Source: Planctomycetaceae bacterium (GTDB lineage Bacteria; Planctomycetota; Planctomycetia; Pirellulales; Pirellulaceae). Taken from it: a DNA stretch of 64,000 nt. Positions within the stretch are counted from its first letter, which is position 1; every line of letters begins with the position of its first letter. The DNA is taken from contig JAHEJI010000288.1 in NCBI GenBank assembly GCA_024638965.1, forward strand, positions 2,995 through 66,994. The letters run 5' to 3'. The notes below the pieces were generated by a model. The model searched no databases. It worked only from the letters and a program-made list of their open reading frames with translations, and was not told the DNA's origin. The translations under genes and the position numbers were made by a program. Of this stretch, positions 56,659 through 64,000 are shown in pieces.

Positions 56659-57005
56659 TTTATTCAGTCATGCCAACCACGAATCATGGACAACATGTTT
56701 AAAAGTCTGGGCATCCCGGAACGTTCAAGTAAAAGTCGTTCAAGGTGAATTGATTCTATATAGCCTCCATACCGGACACAAGATTATTCGCTTGAAGGGT
56801 AAGCAAGGAAACTCACCTTGACACAAACAATGATACCGCGCCGGATTCCATGGCCCATCTGGACCAGACCAACCGAGCGCCTGTCTTTGCAAAAACTCCC
56901 CTCAGTCTTACTCTAGTAGAGTTAACCTGGTGATCTTATACCTGGCTGCCTCTATTTGCCGAATAAAACAGCCCTTATTCTGTTTACCGTTAGAAAAGTA
57001 CCACT

Positions 57006-58526
57006 ATGCCGTTCCTCCCAGAAGCCAAAGAATTTCATGCTCTGGCAGACAGTCATGATGCTGTCCCTGTTTATCGGCGTTTGTTGTGCGATGGATTGAC
57101 ACCCGTGTCTGCTTTTCGAAGAATCGATCAGGGTGCGAACGCGTGTTTGTTCGAAAGTGTCGTCGGTGGTGAACGTGTCGGTCGTCACAGCTTTCTGGGC
57201 ACCCGCCCAACGGCACATGTGATAGCTAAAGGCAACCAGGTTACCGTTGTTAACGAGGGCAATACCGAAACCTTTCACTCGGACAACCCGCTTGAGGAAG
57301 TCCGTAAACGACTTAAGAGCGTCAACGTCGCCAAGCTGACTGACCTGCCTCCATTTACGGGTGGCGCCATCGGCTACGTTGGATATGACGTCGTCCGCTA
57401 TGTCGAAGATCTTCCCAACCCGCCAGCTGACGATCGCGATCTCAGTGACATGTCGTTTGCGTTTTATGATGCGATGCTGGTATTTGACCACATCACCAAA
57501 ACGATCACGGTCATCGCGCTGGCCTGGATAAACAAGTTTGATAGCGCGCAGGCCGCTTACGATGACGCCTCCCAGCGAATCGATCATATCGTCTCACAAT
57601 TGAACCAACCATTTTCCCAACTTGAATGTGAAGACGTCGTTACCCCGCTGACCGACTCGACGGACTTCCAATCCAACATGACTCAGCGGCAGTTCGAATC
57701 GGCGGTTGAAAGCTGCAAAGAGTACATTCGCGCCGGCGACATCTTTCAAGTCGTACTTAGTCAACGACTGCAAATGCAAATCCATTGCCAGCCGTTTGAG
57801 ATCTACCGGTCGTTGCGGGTATTGAATCCCAGCCCTTTTATGTTCTTTCTGCGAACCAGTGAATGCACGCTGGTGGGAAGCTCACCTGAAATCATGTGCC
57901 GCGTCGTGGATGGTGAGATGACCGTACGACCGCTCGCCGGGACTCGGAAGCGTGGCAAGACCGTCAAGGAAGATCTTGAACTGGAACAAGAATTGCTAGC
58001 CGACGAAAAGGAACGCGCCGAACATGTGATGCTGGTCGATCTGGGACGCAACGATGTCGGCCGCGTAGCCCAGTATGGAACTATCGAACTTCCAGACGTC
58101 ATGGTGGTTGAGCGGTACAGCCATGTGATGCACATTTCTTCGACGGTGACTGGGCAGCTTCGCGGCGAACTGGATGCGTTTGACGCGTTGATGGCCAGCC
58201 TTCCTGCCGGGACGGTTTCGGGTGCACCCAAAGTCAGGGCGATGGAAATCATTGACGAATTTGAACCTCATCGTCGCGGCCCTTATGCGGGCGCCGTTGG
58301 CTATATCGATTACTCGGACAACATGGATACCTGTATCGCCTTGCGAACGATCATCATCAAAGACGACATCGCCTATTTGCAAGCGGGCGCGGGCATTGTG
58401 GCTGACAGTAATCCAACCAGCGAATACGAGGAAACTTTGAACAAGGCACGTGGACTCCTCCACGCCATCCAGATGACCGAGGCTCGAGTCACTCTCCGTA
58501 ACTCGAGCCAAAAGGTCGCTCTTTAG
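57006..58526 (+). CDS. trpE: Anthranilate synthase component I
   Basis: LFESV, GDIFQVVLSQR, NPSPFM, PLAGTR, EHVMLVDLGRND, GTVSGAPK. Confidence 0.96.
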   Translation: MPFLPEAKEFHALADSHDAVPVYRRLLCDGLTPVSAFRRIDQGANACLFESVVGGERVGRHSFLGTRPTAHVIAKGNQVTVVNEGNTETFHSDNPLEEVRKRLKSVNVAKLTDLPPFTGGAIGYVGYDVVRYVEDLPNPPADDRDLSDMSFAFYDAMLVFDHITKTITVIALAWINKFDSAQAAYDDASQRIDHIVSQLNQPFSQLECEDVVTPLTDSTDFQSNMTQRQFESAVESCKEYIRAGDIFQVVLSQRLQMQIHCQPFEIYRSLRVLNPSPFMFFLRTSECTLVGSSPEIMCRVVDGEMTVRPLAGTRKRGKTVKEDLELEQELLADEKERAEHVMLVDLGRNDVGRVAQYGTIELPDVMVVERYSHVMHISSTVTGQLRGELDAFDALMASLPAGTVSGAPKVRAMEIIDEFEPHRRGPYAGAVGYIDYSDNMDTCIALRTIIIKDDIAYLQAGAGIVADSNPTSEYEETLNKARGLLHAIQMTEARVTLRNSSQKVAL

Positions 58527-58707
58527 GTTGTGGGTCATCGCCTCAACGCATCTGAAAACAGGCCAAACTCCAAGAGACCTCATCGTTGCGATTTGCTTTC
58601 GAAACCCAATTACCGTCGCGAATTCTCAATCCAGTAATCACTATCTAGATTTGAGACTCCCAATTACAATTGAGTTTCCGAATGGACCACTTTTTTTGGA
58701 TGCCGAA

Positions 58708-59253
58708 GTGAAAATTCTACTAGACGAAAATCAGCTCAATGCGGGGGTCGACCAACTCGCACTGAAGATTAACAAAACTTATCAAAACCGTCCGTTAACC
58801 ATCATTGGTGTTTTGACGGGAAGCGTTGTTTTGCTCGCCGATGTGATCCGCAAACTTGAAATGCCGCTCCGAGTGGGAGTTGTCCAAACTAGTAGTTACG
58901 AAGGATCACAACGAGGCGCATTGACGATCAACACACAAATGATGTTGGATATTTCGGATCGGGATGTTTTGCTGATTGACGACATTTTTGACACAGGCAA
59001 CACGATGAGTGAAGTTGTTGAGCTCATGAATGCCCTCGGACCCGCGTCCCTGAAATCGGCTGTGCTGCTTTGCAAAACTGGGCGACAGGAAGTCGATTGG
59101 AGGCCCGATTTTATTGCCTTTGATATTCCCGATGAATTTGTGGTCGGGTACGGGCTCGACTATAACGATGAGTATCGCAATCTTCCCTATCTAGCTTGTT
59201 TGGAACCGTCTGAAATTTCATCGACAAGCGAAATTACTGAATCATCAAAATGA
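58708..59253 (+). CDS. hpt: Hypoxanthine phosphoribosyltransferase
   Basis: VLLIDDIFDTG, FVVGYGLDY...YRNLP; GTG start inferred. Confidence 0.93.
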   Translation: MKILLDENQLNAGVDQLALKINKTYQNRPLTIIGVLTGSVVLLADVIRKLEMPLRVGVVQTSSYEGSQRGALTINTQMMLDISDRDVLLIDDIFDTGNTMSEVVELMNALGPASLKSAVLLCKTGRQEVDWRPDFIAFDIPDEFVVGYGLDYNDEYRNLPYLACLEPSEISSTSEITESSK

Positions 59254-60446
59254 ACCCGCTTCGACTGGTTATCGTAACTCGCCGGTTTTGGCCGATGTCC
59301 GGATCGGTCGAGTTAGCGGTCGGAGATTTGGCTTGTGCGCTGGAAAGTCTGGGACACCACGTCCAGATCGTCACGGCCCGTTGGGGCAAAAACTGGCCGG
59401 GCTATTTCTTGATTCGAGAAGTTCCCGTCTATCGCATCGCCCGCCCCACTGCCGGTCCGTGGGGTAGCTTCCGTTTTCAGCGCGCGGTGAGCCGTTTTTT
59501 GGAACAATCGTTTGAAGAAAATAGACCGCTCGACGGTGTGATTGTGTTTGGACTGGGACAGGAAACCGACTCTGTTATCCGGACTCTTAATCAACTGAAT
59601 TCGGCGGCGACAATTCTGGTTCGAATCGACAACAAGATCGACGCCTATCACCGATGGTCTCAAAATGCCAATCGCCGTAGCTTGTTCGGGCTGAATCGCG
59701 CGACCGGTGTCATCGCCGATTCTGACATGACCCGGGACCATCTTGTCCGCTTTGGCCTCAACGAAAACAGGATTCATGTTATCCCGGATGGAGTTTCCGC
59801 TGTTGAATCCAATCGTAGCGGAGCAGAGCAGGGGAGGGCGCGCCAATCGCTCTCAGATGCCCATCCAATTCTGGTGATTGAACCCGACCAGCCTCTGGTC
59901 GTGACCATGGCAGCAATGGATAACGACGGTGGGTTGCTCGATTTGATTTTAGCATGGCCGAGGGTGTTGAAGTCCTACCCAAGAGCCAAGCTGTGGACTC
60001 TCGGCGATGGAACGCACGATCAGCAGGTCTGGAATGCAATCACCGCAAAAGAGCTGGTTCACTCTGTAATCATGCCCGGCTATTTCGACGATCTGGAAAC
60101 AGTATTCCAGGCCGCCGATCTATACGTCCATCCATTGCGATCGGACGCTGGTTGTAGTGGCTTGACAAGAGCAATGGCGCATCAAGTCTGTCCCGTCGCG
60201 ACTGCAACTCTGTTTACCGAACCGCTTGTTGAAAAAAACAAAACCGGATTGGTGACACCGAAATCCAACCCACAGGCTCTAGCGGAAGCAATCATTCACG
60301 GTTTGGAAAATCGCGAGATGAGAAACCGGCTCGGGAATGCGGCTAGCAAGCGGGTACTGGAAAGATTCTCAATTTCGGAACAAGCCAGAACCTACATCAA
60401 GTTGATTTCGAAACAAGCCGATCCCATTGCCCAGCCTGCCCAATGA
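59250..60446 (+). CDS. Glycosyltransferase family 4 (GT-B) protein
   Basis: RRFWP..G, HVIPDGV, ADLYVHP, TGLV, ALAEAI; ATGA overlap with hpt; Ex7E motif looks degenerate. Confidence 0.85.
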   Translation: MNPLRLVIVTRRFWPMSGSVELAVGDLACALESLGHHVQIVTARWGKNWPGYFLIREVPVYRIARPTAGPWGSFRFQRAVSRFLEQSFEENRPLDGVIVFGLGQETDSVIRTLNQLNSAATILVRIDNKIDAYHRWSQNANRRSLFGLNRATGVIADSDMTRDHLVRFGLNENRIHVIPDGVSAVESNRSGAEQGRARQSLSDAHPILVIEPDQPLVVTMAAMDNDGGLLDLILAWPRVLKSYPRAKLWTLGDGTHDQQVWNAITAKELVHSVIMPGYFDDLETVFQAADLYVHPLRSDAGCSGLTRAMAHQVCPVATATLFTEPLVEKNKTGLVTPKSNPQALAEAIIHGLENREMRNRLGNAASKRVLERFSISEQARTYIKLISKQADPIAQPAQ

Positions 60447-60595
60447 ACGCTCGAGTATTCCGCGGTTCAATTGATCAAGCAGCCCTCAATCGTTTGTCGT
60501 TAATAATCCGTGACCAGGCGCGACTTCGAGAACGTCGATTTCTCATAAAACAGCAACACTTTTCCGAATTCCGAATTCCGACCTCCAATTTGCCT

Positions 60596-61825
60596 TCACT
60601 TTTCCGCCCAGCGTTTAACGATTTCGATCCCCACTTCGCAAGCGGCAACCATCTCGTCCAGGCAAGCCCATTCCAGAGGTGAGTGAATATTGTGTTGGCC
60701 GGAAGAAAGGTTCGGAGTCGGCAAACCTAACTCGGTTAACCGGGATCCATCTGTGCCACCGCGAACGATTGACTTGGTTGGGGTTCGCCCGAGTCGTTCA
60801 TGGGCTTCGACGGCGTATTGAACTGCTCTCGGTTCATTGGCCAACCCATCGCCCATGTTACGGTATTGTTCGATGATCTCGACGTTGACTTGCGTGCCTT
60901 CGCAAACCACTTCAATATCGCTTCCCATCCGCTTCATGATGGACCCAAATTCAGTCAACTTGGCAATATTGAAATCGCGCAAGAGGATTTTTAACGTCGT
61001 TTTGGCGACGCCACCTTCGACCACATAGGGGTGCATGAATCCGTCGCGACCATCGGTACATTCCGGGGAAAAGTTCATTGGGAGGCGAGCGAGGAATTGA
61101 CCGAGCGCTCGAATTGAGTTGACCATCTTGTCCTTGGCAATTGCCGGATGAATATTGACTCCGTTAAATGTGACCAGGGCCATGTCAGCGGAAAATGTCT
61201 CGACGTCGATCATGTCCTGGCCTCCACCGTCAAAGTTGTAACAGACCGTCGCATCGACTTTCTCGATATCAACGTGGTCAACTCCATGCCCAATCTCTTC
61301 GTCACAGGTAAACAGAATGCGAACGGGGCCATGAGCAAGATCGGGATTCTCAATCAAATGCTGAGCCAGTTCCATGATGATTGCGACGCCCGCTTTATCG
61401 TCGCCACCCAACAAGGTCGTTCCATCGGTCGTGATAATCGTCTTGCCTGCAGCCTCGGGAAGCTCGGGGCAGGTTGCTGCGGCAATAATTTTCGTCGGGT
61501 CGCCCGAGAGCGCTATATCGTTGCCATCATAGTTTTCGATTACGTTAGGTCTTACTTGCTTTCCGCTCGTTTCTGGCGAAGTATCGACGTGCGAGTTGAA
61601 CGCTACGACCGGTGCTCCGTTCACCGTTCCCGGGACGGTCGCCATCACAATTCCAAATTCATCCTGGGAAATATCGGCGGCACCCATTTCGTCAAGTTGC
61701 TGGACAAGCAGTTTCCCCATCTCCAGTTGGCCGTCACTGCTGGGGTATTTGCCTGCGTCTTCGACCGCGGTCGTGTCAATTTGGACATACTGGAGGAAAC
61801 GTTCGAGAAGTCTTTGCTTGTTCAT
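60596..61825 (-). CDS. pepT: Peptidase T
   Basis: SHVDTS, TLLGGDDKAG, DEEIG, RGGTDG, HNIHSPLEW. Confidence 0.95.
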   Translation of the reverse strand: MNKQRLLERFLQYVQIDTTAVEDAGKYPSSDGQLEMGKLLVQQLDEMGAADISQDEFGIVMATVPGTVNGAPVVAFNSHVDTSPETSGKQVRPNVIENYDGNDIALSGDPTKIIAAATCPELPEAAGKTIITTDGTTLLGGDDKAGVAIIMELAQHLIENPDLAHGPVRILFTCDEEIGHGVDHVDIEKVDATVCYNFDGGGQDMIDVETFSADMALVTFNGVNIHPAIAKDKMVNSIRALGQFLARLPMNFSPECTDGRDGFMHPYVVEGGVAKTTLKILLRDFNIAKLTEFGSIMKRMGSDIEVVCEGTQVNVEIIEQYRNMGDGLANEPRAVQYAVEAHERLGRTPTKSIVRGGTDGSRLTELGLPTPNLSSGQHNIHSPLEWACLDEMVAACEVGIEIVKRWAEK

Positions 61826-61884
61826 GGTCAAATCGGGCTGGCTGCGATAAAGTTAAGGGTTACATATTTTCAAAAGACTATTCT

Positions 61885-62709
61885 ATGTCTACAACAAACG
61901 TTCGCTACCTGGTATTCGATATCGAGAGCGTTGCTGACGGCGATCTCATTTCCAAAGTGAGATATCCGGGCAATGACTACTCGGCTCAAGAAGCAACCGA
62001 CGCTTATTGTGCAGAACTGATGGAGCAATATGGTACCGAATTCATCCCCTACACTTATCACATTCCAATTGCGATTTCGATTATCAAGATCGATGCACAA
62101 CTGAAAATCGTCGATGTCGTCACGCTGGATGCTCCCGAATATCGGCCTCATGTGATCGCGAAAAAGTTCTGGGATGGCTGGAAAGTGTATGACATGCCGA
62201 CCTTGGTCAGCTTCAATGGTCGCACGTTTGATATCCCTCTCATGGAACTCGCCGCCTTTCGTTACGGGATCAGCATTCCCGCGTGGTTCAACGTCCACGA
62301 AAAATCATTTGAACAACGCCGCAATCGCTACAACCAAAGGGCTCACCTGGATCTGCAAGAAGTGCTCACCAACTTCGGCGCAACGCGATTGAATGGCGGA
62401 TTAAATCTTGGGGCGAATTTACTGGGTAAACCCGGCAAAATGGGCATCGCCGGACATATGGTTCAGGAACTTTTTAAAGAAGGCCACATCGAGCGAATCA
62501 ACGACTATTGCCGCTGCGATGTTTTGGATACGTACTTCGTATTTTTGCGGATTAAACTGCTAACTGGCGATCTTGATTTAGATCGCGAACAGTCGCTTGT
62601 GGAACAAGCGCATATGTGGCTGGAAGAAAAATCCGATTCCCATCCAGTCTATGCCGAATATTTGGCGAACTGTCGGCCGTGGGAAAATCCTTGGAGCGAA
62701 GCGGAGTAG
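61885..62709 (+). CDS. PolB-like 3'-5' exonuclease (DEDD)
   Basis: LVFDIES, LVSFNGRTFDIP, HLDL, YCRCDVLDT. Confidence 0.88.
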   Translation: MSTTNVRYLVFDIESVADGDLISKVRYPGNDYSAQEATDAYCAELMEQYGTEFIPYTYHIPIAISIIKIDAQLKIVDVVTLDAPEYRPHVIAKKFWDGWKVYDMPTLVSFNGRTFDIPLMELAAFRYGISIPAWFNVHEKSFEQRRNRYNQRAHLDLQEVLTNFGATRLNGGLNLGANLLGKPGKMGIAGHMVQELFKEGHIERINDYCRCDVLDTYFVFLRIKLLTGDLDLDREQSLVEQAHMWLEEKSDSHPVYAEYLANCRPWENPWSEAE

Positions 62710-62851
62710 GTCGGAATTGGGAGGTCGGAGGCGCAATTTGTGGACGAAGACGACGAGCAAGACCAGGACTAAGATCAAAACGACAAATCAAACCTTCGTC
62801 GTAGTCTTTCTATTCATTAAACCGTATCCTTGCGTGGCAATTGGCAGTTGT

Positions 62852-63115
62852 TCACTTCGGAGCCGACGCCAAATCCTGGCACTGATTGATCATGGCCTGA
62901 ACGCTGGAATAGGTCGAAACACCGTAGGGTACGAAATAAGTTAGGACCATCTGCACAATGCACATTCCTGATACTTCCGCACAAATGAGTCTCGGACCGT
63001 GATTAATGACGATCAAAATGGTGCCTACCATTAGCGCGCAAAGTAAAGCCCGGATGACGACCGATCGGGTCATCGCCAATTTTATCCAGCGCCGAATTGT
63101 GGTTTTTCCGTTCAT
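62852..63115 (-). CDS. Small membrane protein, NrtS-like
   Basis: VGTILIVINHG...LTYFVPYGVSTY signature. Confidence 0.7.
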   Translation of the reverse strand: MNGKTTIRRWIKLAMTRSVVIRALLCALMVGTILIVINHGPRLICAEVSGMCIVQMVLTYFVPYGVSTYSSVQAMINQCQDLASAPK

Positions 63116-63366
63116 TTGGCCCAAAAATAGCCGGTTTTTTGAAAACGCAAAAGATTGACGATTGTGGATGCTATCGCTTACGAACAAACGGCCGAAATTT
63201 CAGAAAAAAATAGTAAACGAGCGGGCAAAACCGCGTTGACTATCCGGACACCAGCGGGCCCACATTTGGGCGCTATCGACACCCCATCGGTCGATCTGGA
63301 GCATTTTTTTGATCGTCGTTCGCGATTGACGAACAAAAAAACCCAGATTCTCTCGAAACGGCAAAC

Positions 63367-64000
63367 CTATTTCGAAGCACCGACAGCTGCCCGGGCCAAT
63401 CGTTTTCGATCTGTGGCCTTAAGCAGTCCCTTCCGCAAGCGAATATTGGAGGGTGTCACTTCAACTAATTCGTCTTCTTCAATGTATTCCAAAGCGGCTT
63501 CGAGACTGAATTTTTTTGGCGGTTTAAGCAGGATATTCTCGTCGCTTCCAGCCGCGCGGATGTTGGTTAGCTGCTTTTCCTTACAAGGATTGACGGGGAG
63601 GTCATTGCCACGAGCGTTTTCGCCAACAATCATCCCCTCGTAAACTTGATCACCTGGAGCAACGAACATTTCCGCCCGCTGTTGCAACCCAAACAACGCA
63701 AATCCAACCGCTTTTCCGTTTGCCATCGAAACCATGACTCCGTTAGGACGTTTGGGAATATCACCTTCGACAGGCGCAAACTTTTCGAACCGATGATGAA
63801 TGACAGCCGTGCCCTGCGTTGCATTGAGCAGGCGAGTTCTCAATCCAATCAGCCCGCGTGCCGGAATTGAAAAACGGGCTTGGGTAAACTCGCCACGAGC
63901 AGTCATCTCGATCAGTTCGCCTCGCCGGTTACCGACCAACTCCATGACAGGTCCAAATTTTTCTGTGGGTACTTCAACGACTAAGATCTCAAAGGGTTCG
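63367..64000 (-). CDS. typA: Translational GTPase TypA/BipA (3' part; 5' end beyond the window)
   Basis: PARGLIG, VYEGMIVGEN, KQLTNIRAAGSD, LEYIEEDELVEVTP. Confidence 0.96.
   Translation of the reverse strand, partial: EPFEILVVEVPTEKFGPVMELVGNRRGELIEMTARGEFTQARFSIPARGLIGLRTRLLNATQGTAVIHHRFEKFAPVEGDIPKRPNGVMVSMANGKAVGFALFGLQQRAEMFVAPGDQVYEGMIVGENARGNDLPVNPCKEKQLTNIRAAGSDENILLKPPKKFSLEAALEYIEEDELVEVTPSNIRLRKGLLKATDRKRLARAAVGASK

Overview
Bacterial chromosomal window, most likely from a planctomycete (Pirellulales-like). This is inferred from a LEPRxLL-motif secreted protein, a large PVC-type CxxCH protein, mcsA/mcsB, and abundant REP-like palindromes. The left ~19 kb, ending at the 3' end of a tRNA-Pro(CGG), looks accessory. 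It holds a group 3d-type NAD-linked [NiFe] hydrogenase operon with a HoxU-HoxY fusion, a two-component system with a DoxX/di-heme cytochrome pair, and an ATP-grasp::degenerate-M20 / gamma-glutamyltransferase / N-formylglutamate amidohydrolase operon. It also holds an orphan SMI1/KNR4 gene and a methyltransferase gene bounded by inverted repeats. The rest is mostly housekeeping (rne/rng, HPr, PTS IIA, hpf, folA, thyA, mcsAB, trpE, hpt, pepT, typA). The best candidate for an undescribed system is the minus-strand cluster at ~46-54.5 kb: a truncated EhpF/GriC-like adenylating enzyme, an Fe-alcohol dehydrogenase, a PQQ-type propeller lipoprotein, a HemN-like radical SAM enzyme translationally coupled to a stand-alone GcvH-like carrier protein, and a 2x[4Fe-4S] protein, with a second radical SAM gene nearby. 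No CRISPR array, rRNA, integrase or transposase was seen. All family assignments come from motif recognition by eye, not database searches.
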